A stretch of DNA of 64,000 nt from assembly GCA_965649825.1 (NCBI GenBank), contig OZ287694.1:619197-683196 (forward strand), written 5' to 3'. This document shows positions 24,782-38,311 of this stretch, piece by piece. Positions within the stretch are counted from its first letter, which is position 1, and each line of letters starts with the position of its first letter. The position numbers and the translations under genes are program-made. Source of the stretch: Penicillus capitatus. Lineage: Eukaryota > Plantae > Chlorophyta. A model generated the notes under the pieces. It was not told the DNA's origin and did not search any database. It saw only the letters and a list, made by a program, of their open reading frames with translations.

Positions 24782-27700
24782 TTATGCCTCGGCCGCCGAT
24801 TGCTCGGCGATCTCGGAGTATTCGGATGTCGGACATATCTTGCCAATCTGATGTTTGACTTCGTAGCTGATCCAGTGTGCGAGAACGCGGAAACTGCCAG
24901 CATCAGATGCGACGAGCTCGTCGCGCTCTCTCAGCTTATACTTCAGGTACTCAGCTGCGAACTTGAGAATGTAGAAAACAAAAACGAAAAATGCAATGAC
25001 ATTCAGCAAAGCGCATGCGACTGTGAGCAGCTCGCGAGTAAAGTTTTCTGGATAGCTCTCGTCTTTGAGCATGACAGCTGCCAACGTTGTCGCCACTGAC
25101 ACAAAAAGAGACGCCAGTTCCATTCCATTGAGGTCTTTAAAGTCATCGCGGTATGGCATCACCAGAGTGTGAGCCAGGATGGCAAGCATGATGATGTACG
25201 CGACGCCGGTGATCGGCAATCCGCTGTCGAACAGGTGAGCGCAGAACACAAGAAAGGCGATGGCGGCCTTCCTTGCAACGATGGCGACTTCCCAGTATCG
25301 ACGATGATCCATTCGGTAAGAGCGGTAGAGGAATCCCGTTGTCTGGTACGCCCATGCGTCCTTGTGGACGAGGTGCTGCGGTGCATTTTTAAGGACGACG
25401 ACGAAGAGTGTGAAGAGTCCGCCGTACATTGGACACACAAACGCAACGACCACTCCGTAGAGGAGCGTACTGTGGTCTCCTTCGTAGCACTTCATGCTTG
25501 TGTCGACGGCCCAGTACATGTGCGTCGCGTTGACCTCTGCGATTTCTGCCGAGTCGTGCACGTCGACGCAGAGGAAGACGCTCAGTGCGGTCTTCAGTAC
25601 CGGCACGAGGGTCACATACCAGATGACCATCACCGAAAGCAAGCATCTCTTCGACAGGTAGCGGTGAAGCCCATCGTTTCCGGATCTCGCCGATCTCGCC
25701 GTCCAGAACACGATCCAACAGAGAAGCACGACGCAGGGAACAACGCACACGCTGACGACGAGTGCCATTGCCGTCGGCTGCAAGGACAGGTGTTTTGAGG
25801 TCAGACACACGACGGAGCGTCGAATGCCATCCGTCGCCAGACCTCCGAACATTTCTGACAGCAGCACAACAGTCGACAAGCGGAAACTTACGAGATTCTG
25901 GTCTCACCTGCCGCTGCCGCCATAACGATTACAGGAATCGCATACCCCACGTCAAGGGAAGCCAGAAGAACAGTCGTTTGGACGTAGCTCAGAGTGATCT
26001 AAAAACGACGTTTTTCAGTAGAAGGTAAACGGATCGAGTTTCCACCTTAAACATTTCGACGGCCTTCCACTTGGCCAAAGTCTCCTCGGAAGCAGGCACT
26101 CCAGCGGTTTGGACCTAAAGCGTACTCATTCGGCGGATGCTCTGATGATGTGATTCTAGACTCACTTCCCTCCCGAGTCCCGGCGATCCAATGACTTCTG
26201 CCGACGTAGACGGTGCACTCTGCTCATGAGTCTGCGCAGTGTCTCCGCGAAGAACGCTGACCGTTCCGTGGATCGTGATGCCCGTCATAGCCAGAAGAAT
26301 GATCGCCGACGTCAGAATGTAGGCCACGTTGTAGAGCCCCTTCAAACACTTTTTGCATTTCGAGGACAAACCAGCCCCGAAGTCTTCTTTGCAGGATCCA
26401 CAGAGTGGGCCCGTGTGACCCTTGTGAAGAAACAGACAGATGATTCAACGATCTAAAGAGTCAAGAATACATCTTACCTCGGCGCACTGAGCTTGCGTGT
26501 AATTCTCAATCCATTCTTCTTTGAAATTACAGCTCGAGACGTCTTCAACCATGGTCTTCAACTTTTCGGAGCGGCCTTGAGACTCGCAGGCGGAAGCCGG
26601 CAGGCATCTGTGAAGGTGATCTGAGCACGGCATTTGCTGCCAGTAGCCGTCGTCTGGAGTGATCACTCGAGACTCGCAGTTGCCATTCTCCGGACAGGGC
26701 TTACAATCTTCCGCAGAGAGGAGGAAGTTGTACGTCGTGCTGCTGCAGGTCTCACAGAATCCAGCATTCGACACAAACTCGCCGACAGAGCAGTTGTGGA
26801 CTCTCACGGTAATCCCGATGCTCTTGATCGCTTTTTCGCCAAACTCGACAATGAGGTCGTAGACTCCAGGCGGTACAAAGCCTTTGATGGATCGAAAAGT
26901 GCAAGCTCCTCTCTCCATCGGGACAACGATCGACACAAGCAAAAACTGACCGACCGGTGATGACATTCTGGCATCGACTGGGCGGTAGTTTGTCGCGGGA
27001 CTTTGCTTCAGTTCGTCCAACAGCTCGACTGTTGCGGTTGGCAGATCTGTGCCAATATGATATCCTTCTATCACACAGTTCTCTCCACCACTCACACAGA
27101 CGGCCTTGTTCGTGTCGTCCAACGTCATCTCTGCCGTTGCGGCATACGTCCCAACGTTAGGACCATAAACGCCACCGTGATTGCCTTTCCACGATGGGCA
27201 AATGTCCTTGTCCGATTTTAGTTGGCTCAAGGCTTTCCACTCTTTCTCCTCGTAGAAACGCAAACCGACATCTGACGAAGTGCTGACGCAACTCAAACGG
27301 ATTGCTTCTAGGTAGCCAGCGAAGACGGCCCCTCCGGCGACGCTGGCTTCGTTACCCGACAATTGGGTATCCGTCAAGGCCATAACGGGGCAGTGGATGC
27401 TCCTTGCCAAACATTTCGTGTGCCTTTCACTCGAGACGAAGAAAAGACCGCCTACAGATAAGCAGTAACAAGGTTTTTTGCTCTCTCGGAGCGAGCACTC
27501 ACCTCCCAGATCAGCCGTATTTTCTTCAACGTGGTTTCTTACAAGCTGCAATGGCAGAGTCTGATCGGAATGGGCATCGAAGAAAACTGCACCGCCGTTG
27601 CCATGCTTCGCCGAGTTGTTCCGAAACGTGCAGTCGGTGCACAAGAAGGTCGACGCCGCGGATCCCATAACGCCGCCGCCGTTTTCGCCAGCTTCGCAGT

Positions 27701-30700
27701 GAAGAATAGAGAGGTTACGTGCAACGAGATGAGATTTCTTCAATCGGATGAATCCACCGTTTTCGGATCTTCCTTGTTCAACTGTGGATTTATTTATGAG
27801 AATCGAGGAGCCTTTGAATGCTGCGGCAAAACCACCATAGCTTCTCGCAACGCTAAGGGCGAATTGCGATTGTGAGATGCTCAGAGTGGAATTCCATGCC
27901 CAAACGAAGCCCCCAGTTTTGGAACTGCAGTTGACGGCGCTGGCGTGCTCCATTTTTGCCGTGGAGTTTGTCGTGTACATGAATCCTCCAAACGTCGCGC
28001 TATTGTCGGCCGCCTTCGTATGTTTTAGTATGAAATTCGATTCTACGGCGCGCACGAAACCACCCCGTTTTGCGCTGTTGTTGGCCGCTTTCGTCTCGTC
28101 CAGCTTCACCGTCGAGCTCTGCGTCAGCACAAATCCTCCACTATCTTGTGCACTGTTGGAAGTCGCGATGGTGTGCTCGAGCGTCACGTTCGATTCTTCA
28201 ACTTCCATGAAACCGCCAAACTTCGCGTTGTTGCTTGCTGCTTTTGTCTCTTGCAGCAATACTGTCGAGCTCCATGCATTCATGAACCCGCCCCACCCTT
28301 GTGCACTGTTGGCGATTGCGTTCGTGTGCTCGAGCGTCACGTTCGATTGTGCTACGACCATGAACCCGCCACCTTCTTGTGCACTATTTGCAATGGCTTT
28401 AGTGCGGGTGAGTGTCACATTCGATTCATGTGTACCCATAAATCCTCCTGCTCTCGCTCTGTTGCCGACTGCGATCGTCTCTTGCAGCAATATAGTCGAG
28501 CTCCACGCCATCATGAACCCGCCGAGCTCAGCGGTGTTGTTGGCCGCTCTAGTGCCGTTTAGCTTCACAGTCGAGTTCCACATCGATACGAACCCGCCAT
28601 TCTCTTGTGCACTGTTGGCAGTCGCGTTGGTGCTCTCAAGCGACACGTTCGATTTTTCAACTTGCATGAACCCGCCCCGCTTCGCGTTGTTGTTTGCCGC
28701 TTTAGTGCCGTCCAGCTTCACAGTCGAGTTCTTTATCGATATAAACCCGCCGTACTCTTGTGCACTGTTGCCGACTGCGTTGGTGCTCTCAAGCGACACG
28801 TTCGATTCTCCAACATGCATGAACCCGCCGTACTGCAGAGCAGTGTTGAAAGTCGCGTTGGTGTGCTTGAGCGTCGCGTTCGACTCTCCAACTTGCATGA
28901 AGCCGCCCTGCTTCGCGTTGTTGTTGGCCGCTTTGGTGAGCGCGAGTGTCACAGTCGAGTTCTTCATCGATATGAACCCGCCGTACTCTTGTGCACTGTT
29001 GCCGACTGCGTTGGTGCGATCAAGTTTCACATTCGAACCATAAGCACGCATAAACCCGCCGTACTCTTGTGCACTGTTGCCAACTGCGTTGGTGTCCCTG
29101 AGCGACACGTTCGATTCTTCTACTTTAATGAACCCGCCCCGCTTCGCGTTGTTGTTGGCCGCTCTAGTGCCGTCCAGCTTCACAGTCGAGCTCCCTATTG
29201 ATATGAACCCGCCGTACTTTTGCGCACTGTTGGCTGTCGCGTTGGTGTCTTCCAACTCTATGGTCGAGTCCAGCGTCAACATGAACCCGCCATGCTTTTC
29301 CGCAATGTTTGCGGTCGCGTTGGTGTGCTTGAGCATCGCGTTCGATTCTTCAACTTGCATGAAGCCGCCCTGCTTCGCGTTGTTGCCGGCCGCTTTCGTG
29401 CTGTCCATCTTCACAGTCAATCTCCACCCATAGATAAACCCGCCTAACTCCCGAGCAGTGTTGAAAGTCGCGTTGGTGTGCTTGAGCGTCGCGTTCGACT
29501 CTCCAACTTGCATGAAGCCGCCCTGCTTCGCGTTGTTGCCGGCCGCTTCGGTACCGTTTAGCTTCACAGTCGAGTTCCACATCGATACGAACCCGCCGTA
29601 CTCTTGTGCACTGTTGGCTGTCGCGTTGGTGTCTTCCAACTCTATGGTCGAGTCAAACGTCAACATGAATCCACCACTCTGGGTCGCAATGTTTGCGGTC
29701 GCATTGGTGTGCTTGAGCGTCGCGTTCGATTCTTCAACTTGCATGAAGCCGCCCCGCTTCGCGCTGTTGTTGGCCGCTTTGGTGAGCGCGAGTGTCACAG
29801 TCGAGTTCTTCATCGATATGAACCCGCCGTACTCTTTTGCACTGTTGCCGACTGCGTTGGTGCGATCAAGTTTCACATTCGAATCATAAGCACGCATAAA
29901 CCCGCCGTACTCTTGTGCACTGTTGCCAACTGCGTTGGTGCTCTCAAGCGACACGTTCGATTCTTCAACTTTCATAAACCCGCCACGCTCTTGTGCACTG
30001 TTGGCAGTCGCGTTGGTGTCTTTCAACTCTACCGTCGAGTAAAACGTCAACATGAATCCACCACTCTGGGTCGCAATGTTTGCGGTCGCATTGGTGTGCT
30101 TGAGCGTCGCGTTCGATTCTTCAACTTGCATGAAGCCGCCCCGCTTCGCGTTGTTGTTGGCCGCTTTCGTGCTATCCATCTTCACAGTCAATCTCCACCC
30201 ATAGATGAATCCGCCTAACTCCCGAGCAGTGTTGAAAGTCGCGTTGGTGTGCTTGAGCGTCGCGTTCGATTCTTCAACGGCTATGAAACCACCCCATCTC
30301 GCGTTGTTGCCGGCAGCTTCGGTGCCGTCCAGCTTCACAGTCGAGTTCCACCCATAAATGAACCCGCCTAACTCCTGAGCAGTGTTGAAAGTCGCGTTGG
30401 TGTGCTTGAGCGTCGCGTTCGATTCTTCAACTTGCATGAAGCCGCCCTGCTTCGCGCTGTTGCCGACTGCGTTGGTGCGATCAAGCATCGCATTTGAACC
30501 ATAAGCACACACAAACCCGCCATGCTCTTGTGCACTGTTTGCAGTGGCATTCGTGTCTTCCAACTCTACGACTGAGTTCAGCGTCAACATGAACCCGCAA
30601 TGCTTTTCCGCAATGTTTGCGGTCGCGTTGGTGTGCTGGAGCGCCGCGTTCGATTCTCCAACGGCTATGAAACCACCCCAACTCGCGTTGTTGCCGGCAG

Positions 30701-32452
30701 CTTCGGTGCCGTCCAGCTTCACAGTCGAGCTCCACGCCATCATGAACCCGCCGAACTCGGCGGTGTTGTTGGCCGCTTTAGTGCCGTTTAGCTTCACAGT
30801 CGAGTTCTTCATCGATATGAACCCGCCGTACTCTTTTGCACTATTGCCGACCGCATTCGTGTCGTCTAGCTTCACCGTCGAGTTGAACACCATCATGAAT
30901 CCTCCGTTTTCTTGTGCGCTATTGGCATTCGAGATTGTGTGCATGAACTTTGCTTCTGAGTCTTCTACGTAGACGCATGTTCCATTATCAAAGCCGACAT
31001 TTTCGTTGAAAATGGACCCGGAGACGGAGATTTTCGATTCTTTGGCGAAAATTGCGACTCCTCCGAAGCCTTCATTTGCAACGAAGGCGCATTCTTCCAT
31101 TTGAACAGACGACTTGACCAAATGAAAGCAGTGGTTCTTTGTGGCTTCGACGATCCGTGTACCCAGAAAATTCCGTTCGAACGACGCATTCGACACTGTG
31201 AGAGAGCCATCTTGAATTTTGACGCCGCCGATCTCGTTTTTTCGAACCGTGAATCCTTGGATCGTGGTGTTGGATGAAGCAGCACCAAAGAGCAAGGAGG
31301 ATTGCTGCCCCTTGGTCTTGGCCATTTTGTTTTCGAAAGCGGTGCAGTTTTCCAACCGGTTCTTCTTTCCGAGATGGACCCCGCAAGATTTGCCAGAACA
31401 GACGTTCTCCGTGATCTCCACTCCCACCATTTCAAGTTCGAAACACGACGAGGAGGGCATTCGAAGTCCGGAAGCCGCAATCAGCTCGTTCTTTCGGAAG
31501 ACGACTCGGTGCAGAGCTATGAGGCCGTAGGTGTCTTGGGAATGGCATGCTTCGACGTCAACAACCGCTTGGGATCCATCCGTGCCGTCGAATGCACACT
31601 CTTCAATGACGAGATCGACGAAAGTGACATTCATGGACCTACAAGCGAAACGAGAATGACCATCATTCTCACTCGACGCGGTCTTACTGGACGAGAAAGA
31701 GGCCAGAGTTCTTGTGGGGACATGTGAATGTTGTCTTTGTTTTTGGGCTGGGATTGACGCCGTCGTTAGAGTCGGCGTCTTCGACTTGGGTCATAAGGGT
31801 CAGTTGCCAGGGAATGGTGACTCGCGACGGTGGGCGCACGACACCTGTCGCGTTAAACGACAGAACATCGCCTTCTTTGGTGCAGTTGACAATCTTTTGG
31901 AGATCGTTGTCGATTTCCTTAAGCACGGTGCCGTCGACAAGCCATGTTTTGCTGTCGGCTGCCATGTATCTTTCTGTAGCATCATGCGTCAACGCACATT
32001 CAAAACCTAACACGTCGGAACACCCTCAGAAATCGGCATTCGGCACATTGAATGGAAAAAGCCGAACCTGTAATGATTCCATGACCAGACGCGTTGACCT
32101 GAGAAGGGGCGCGGGCCTCGTTTACCATCTAGAGACAAAAAACAAGATGTTCAATGCCTTTACTGCCGAATGGCGGCAGGCGAATCCGAACATTACCTTT
32201 CGAACGAGGTCGACAGAGAAAGCTGTGGGTGTTTTAGAAAGCCTGAGTGGCGGTTCGTCGTCCGTTTTGCCTAAAACAGCAAACAGCACTGCTGACGAGT
32301 CGCAGCGAAGTTAGCGTTAGAAAACCGTCTTTGGCAGAAGCGGCATCTGGAGGACGCGGGTGCGCGCTTTGAACTGCGCGTGACAGTCCGACTCCGTGCG
32401 CGAACGCGCAGCAGAGTAGACAGAGCTTGAGGCAAGACAGAATTCTTCGCAT
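24782..32452 (-). CDS. Large cell-surface receptor/adhesin, second complete paralog, with expanded beta-helix repeat array
   Basis: Signal peptide MRRILSCLKLCLLCCAFAHG at 32452. Exon 31684..32013 (TWLVDG..LQKIVNC..GD..PWQLTL..TFTCP) is homologous to about 13650-13960. Then a 1729-aa uninterrupted frame with GGF repeats, CKPCPENGNC, GHTGPLCGSC, and the TM domain in 24782..25879 (FLYRSYRMDHRRYWEVAIVARK). Confidence 0.9.
27740..30930 (-). repeat. Coding tandem array of ~42 units of 75/78 bp (25/26 aa; S[TN]xxLxxTxAxxNxAxxxGGFx)
   Basis: 42 GGF/CGF cores counted in the 1729-aa ORF. Near-identical DNA blocks recur, e.g. about 28921-29094 vs 29766-29940, and 29380-29500 vs 30150-30270. Confidence 0.95.
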
Positions 32453-33786
32453 CGTGAGGACGAGAGCGTCTGAACGAAACGTTGCCGAATGCGTCGTTTC
32501 GTTCGACGCGAATCATTAACGGCGGATTGATGCGACGAACGAAAAGACAGATGCATCAATCTGTCTTCACAGAACGATGCGCTCTGTCTCGTCGGACGTT
32601 AACGTCACCGAGGTCGAGACATCGTTTTATCTGGCGCTGTCCACGAAGCATCGACTGCCATGACATTGCACGATCTGACCGATACGGCTGCAGATATCCA
32701 GTGTTCGAGATTTAAACATAAATCGTCATCAACTGCATGTAGCCGAGACACAGTGGGGCAGTGATGCACTCGATTCACGGCTGCTGCAAACGACAGACGA
32801 TTTATTTCTGACGAGGGCCACGCGGAAGTGTGAGCTTCAGTGAGAATCCTTCAATCAGTCTTCCATGTCGTCTGTCATCTGCACACGTCTTTTGATAGAA
32901 ATCAAGAGTGCCTTCCTGTCACACTGGAGCAACATGGATTCCAGATCCACTTGTGGAAGGCAAAGCTCACCGGGACAGGAAGATACAAATGTCGCGTGTC
33001 TAGTCTTCCTGGCAGAGCGAGCCACTGAGTCGGCAGTAAACGTCTGATTGCGTCCGTCACATCGTCAGTCTGGACATCATGTCGAGTGTTCCAGACGGTA
33101 TGTGTGTCAAAGTCTTCCTTCTTCTGTCATTCATTTCGGATGCCACCAGGATTCTCTGCCCTTTTTGATTCTTTGTCCCAGTCAGGTCAGCTGGGTGCGA
33201 TACTGATGCAGTTCCGTCTTTACGACGAAGTCAGATACACATGTCGATTCTTGGCCGTGCATCTGAGCTGGATGCGCCCTCAGCGTCGACAGGTCGACTT
33301 TGGTTAACGACTGCTCCTAACACAACACAGCAGTCACATCCAAAACTCGACCTAAGAGTACGTACCTACCTTCCGATTCGGTCTACGTCTGCAGCACGAT
33401 GGTATTTGCATCGCTTCTGCCGTGCGACGACTCTCGACGTTTTTGTGGCTGAAGGAAGAATCAATCTCCGGCGGTGATACTAAGGTAACAGGTGTCTTGT
33501 CTGTTATCAGAAGGGCTGTCTGTTCGATCTTCCTGGGTGCTTTCAACGCCCTGCAGTTGGTTTCGAACTTCTCGCCCGCCCGACTGTCTACTGATAAGTC
33601 CGAACCGTTCTTCGAAACATGTTCTTGGAGCAAGCAGTCTCTTCTTTCCCGATTGCATTAGAGTCAGAGACAGCCCTTCGTTTCCCAGAGTCACACTCTA
33701 TTCTGTCGTTCACACTTTGCCGACAATGGAGAGAAATTGGCAATGAAACCTGTTGCAGTCACGGGCTGGAGCTCAAACAGCAAGTG

Positions 33787-33814
33787 CATCCATCCATCCA
33801 TCCATCCATCCATC
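33787..33814 (+). repeat. (CATC)7 microsatellite
   Basis: Seven perfect CATC units read directly. Confidence 0.95.
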
Positions 33815-36800
33815 CTACGCATGTGACACAGGACACAACTTCGACGCTTCGTCATGTCCGTGGCATGAATACCGAAAACGTATGGATGGTGTATGGCATC
33901 TTTCGCGAGACAGGAAACGACTCGATCGGAGAGATAGACTGCGCAACGATAACGTTGCAGTCCAGCGGGCGAACGTGTTGGATGCCGTAGACGGCAGGCA
34001 GCCACGCACGCGTACAGTCACTGATGACGTGGTAGTACGACCACTCCGGCTGTCGCTGCCCCGTCACATCTGTTGGTTGAATTTGCTTCGTTCACTGGCA
34101 CGGCCATCGCTGAGAGGGATATCTCAAATTCAAATCAAAACCTAGACAGAGATACCCCTTCAGTTAGAGAGCATTAGTAGGATATAGAAATGCAAGAATA
34201 CCTTGAGTTTGCAGAGGTTATGGAATCGTCGGAGATTGGCACCCTCAAAGATGCACGCCAGTGAGCTCTGTTCGCCTCCTACCTGCGAAAATCCGGCATG
34301 CCATCCGTCTCAGGCCCCGCAGGTACATTCCTCCTTGAAGAATAGCAGCTACACGACACAAGAGCATAGCTTCAGAACTGCGGGCGTGTTGCTACATCTG
34401 TCGTACATTCTGACATAGATGACTCCATTCATGCAGCTCTGTCAACGCAGTCGACAGATTTAATAAAGTCAATTCTCCAAATCATCTCGAACGCAGCAAC
34501 TGAAGTTTCACATGAATGCGCAGTCACAAGGTTCCATCATTGGAGATCGCTAAATTGAAAACAGTTAATGTACGACAAGGTCGACAGCGACAGGCCAACA
34601 CCTGTTTGCCATAGATGTCTGACGGCATTGCGGGAGGACCCCTTACGATCCGTTTTAGAACGCAGATGCGTGCTCACGACACTCCTGTCGGGCCGCGTAC
34701 GGATGCCGATAATGACGACGCCAGCAGGTGATACAATGACGATCCTCAGTCCATCGTCTGCCGGTATCTTCGTCAGAATCCGAATACCCGAACTCGCAGA
34801 CTCTTCGTTCGACAACAAAGCTCGGTTCATCCTCAGTGGACACATCCAAAGGGATAAGACAATGCGAACGGGGTCGAGAACGACATGTGCTGAACAGAGG
34901 ATACGAACGGCACTTGGACACTCGTCGTTTCAGTCGCTGTCGCGTTTCGTACCGGATGGGACACTCTCACTGCAAGCGAGGAAGTATTAGAAACGCCCAA
35001 CAGCATCACAGTCAACATGGATCATCTTGGCATTCATAGTATAACATGGATTGTCACTTCTATGGAGTGAGAGGCCGGAAACATCCGAACCGTCTTCCTA
35101 GGCGCATTTCGACTTAAAGACCTGTCTATCTACGGATGTCTACATGGAACCTTTCGATTTGCTTAATACGCATGCGGTTTACGGCAAGGCTGCTGTATCG
35201 TACTATAAAGCCATCGATATTGTAAAGGGTATGGCAAATGCCAGGCCATGCATGCCCTACTCTTATGGGTTTCGCAGCAAATGGTACGTGCGTGACCACG
35301 AAGCCGGCCTACGATAAGCGAGGTTCTGTGTCGATCACTGTTTCGTGCTCTATAGTGTCGACTGCGCCGTTCTCCGTTCGATAAGAAGAGCAGACGTGAA
35401 ACCTAGAAGACACGTCGGCGGTGTACGGGAAGAAATGGTAACGCCGAACACGATTCCGTCTCTGCCCACTAGGCTGCTTTTCTTTCAGGGATCTTGGTCG
35501 CGTCGCGCTGGGCAGGCGACAGAATCTACTGGCTATGACAACGGTGTTTGCCGTTCATGATCCCTCCTCGGGTTTGCTGCAAGGCGACGCTCTCCTTCCA
35601 CAACTGGAGATGAAAATGAAGACGCCACAGAACGCATCCTGTCACATCATCGCCAACGGAAGGAAGATGACATGCAAGGTTGAGCGAAGAGAAACGTATC
35701 TACAGAGGACGTCAGTGGAAACACAGGAACCTGTCCGCAATGCGTCCTCCTCTCGTCAGAGCCGACACATTCGACGTAGGCGGGCACGGCATAAACACAC
35801 ATCTCTGGTAAAGATACTACACGTACTGCCTTGCAGCTCGTCCTCACTTCGATCAAGAGAATGCGGATTCAAAGATCAAGACAATGACAAATGGCAAGCA
35901 AGGGCCTGGGAGTTTTCTACAGAGCAAGATGGACAGCATTTGTTGGGTGTCAGGAGAGGTTTCTTCGCCAAAACACCAACCAATGACTGATCGTTTTTTC
36001 CAGGGTGCGTCTTTCGGCTGCAGCCGCTTCCATGAATGGTTTACTGTACGTTAGAGTGGAGTTCGATCCATCATCTGTCAGAGGACGTGTTCAGATTCTA
36101 GATGGCCACGGTGTTCTCACGGAAGAACTGGATTCTGCGACCGAGCATGGTTGGATCACTTTTCTCTCACACTTTCCGCCTGCGACGGGAGGCATTTTTG
36201 CAACAAACGTGCTGCGGCCAGAAAGGAAGCGCGTTTATCATCTTTACCCCTTGCTCGTCAGAGGATCGACAGAGCAAGATGGAGATGTGCATCGGTTTCG
36301 AGTTCTTCTCTCAGCGCTATCAAGTGAGAGTGATACGAGGTTCGGGGGAGAAACTTGTGGTATGTGCATTTTTACGCTATCATTATCGACGGAGCGTGTT
36401 TCACACGTGCGGCGCGTTTTTTCTCTCATGGCCTCTTTCGTGTCGGTAAGTCTCTTTGTCAGCGCCGTTGCTACTGTATCGTTCATTATTAAAACGTCAC
36501 TGTCGCCGCTTGTGTACCATTGATTCGGCATTCTTCTCGTTGTCTAGCAGTAGATGGCGTGAAAAGACAGCTGCGCTTACCACGGATGCGTGATCTGGCG
36601 TCTAGGAGAATCCCTGTCGGTCTTTGCAGAAATGCGGTATTGAAGGCTTTTCTCGTTGAAGGGAATGCGAGGATGACCGGATTCGAATCTGAGTTTACTT
36701 TCGCCGACTGCAACAGGGAAATCCGCCTTTCCAAGCTCTCTATGCGTCAGCCTGAATCTGAGATCCGTGTCATTTCGTTTCAGACATTCTAAACGGATCT

Positions 36801-38311
36801 AACAGGCTTTTTGGCCTTTTTGTCTTTGGTCTTCTTCCGACCCCTCCGCGACCTGCGGAGTACTCGACCGTGTCGTCTACGGATGCTCAGGGGATTGCCT
36901 ACGGTAGCGGCGCCCGTCTCAGGGAAGGACGACGTTGCAGATGAGATGCCAAAAAGGAAGTGCATTCGGATGTCGCACACTTTTGCAATGTCCGTCGATG
37001 GCTCCTTTACCACCTCTTCATCTACGTCTTCCACAGCGACACATTTCTGCATACGGTTTCTCCATTGCTGCGTCGGCCTCAGGCTAAAGGCGAAGGGAGC
37101 TTGTGCAGGTCTCTTTGTGTGATACCATAGCTGGACTTCGTCAAGTACAACGTCTCGGTCGGAGAAATCGAACGACGCAATCGATTCCCAAGTGACTCGG
37201 ACAGTTAGCCACACACCAACTTGCCATTCCCTCTGCCTTCCATCTACTGCCAGAGCAATCCTTGCTGTCTCAATGAGACTCCCCCATCTGAACTCTTTGT
37301 TCTCTGGCCGAGATTCCGCGCCCCAGGAGCACAGCTCCCGCGCGCTTCACGCCCACAGAAAGAACAACAACAGTCGCCGCGACAGTCGTGACGAAAAGAC
37401 GGCCGATGTGCATTACGCTTTCGGAATCCTCGACTCATTGGAGAGTCTGGTAAGCGAACTCCCGCATCTCTGCGGAGACATCGAGCTCGTACCACTGGAA
37501 CCGCGCCATCGCTATTCTTCGACGCCATCTTCCAGTTTGCCTGCCGCACACGGGGCCATCCCTTGTTCGACATGTATACTGGCATGGATAGGCGAACCTT
37601 TCCCCTTAACAACAAAGTTCAGTTGGTTCTTCTTTATCGTCGAGTGGATTCAGATCTGGTTCCAGCCTCTATTCAAACTGTTCATCCTAGCTATCAGAGA
37701 ATCCTCCCTTCAGGTGTCAAGATCGTTTTGATTTCATTTGGTCGAAGTCTACGTTTGCTGCGACTGTTCTATTCAGTGCTCTCAGTCTAGTCGACGGCAC
37801 ATCCGTTCCTTCCCCTGTCAAAACTTGCGATTCGACGTGAAGAGGTGAATAAAGTGCCACTGCGGATCGACTATTGTTCGTCATTTAGACATGATGTACA
37901 GACACATGACGCCCAACGGCATCTCTTTGCGAATAGCATCGCAGTCACTGCCGACGCCAACACCTTTGGCAACTCTATGCTCTTCGCTTCGACATCGCTT
38001 ACCGATCTTCATGTCGTTCGGCCAAGAGACCTTTAGTTGACGCGCCAGCGCACGAATGCACGGATACGTGTTCCCTAGTCGAAGTTTCCAAGTTGTCGGC
38101 GGCCAGGCGGCGAGTAGTTTCTCAGTCATTCAGCAGACGGATGTCATCTATAGAGTCGATGGTCGTTCGAAGATGGCGAGAACGCGAATGGAAAATTCCT
38201 CGTCGGTACATTAAAGACGAAAGTTGCATGAATTGAATTGTTTGATCTGTCGCTTCGCAACAGCCGAGTTGCATGAATGGAAGACAAATGCGTTCGATGT
38301 TGAACATTCTA

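Noticed and set aside
36789-37413. Secreted protein with a WCVANCP Cys motif reminiscent of chitin-binding tails
   Set aside because: The signal-peptide-like exon and the Cys segment could not be joined in frame with the available splice sites.
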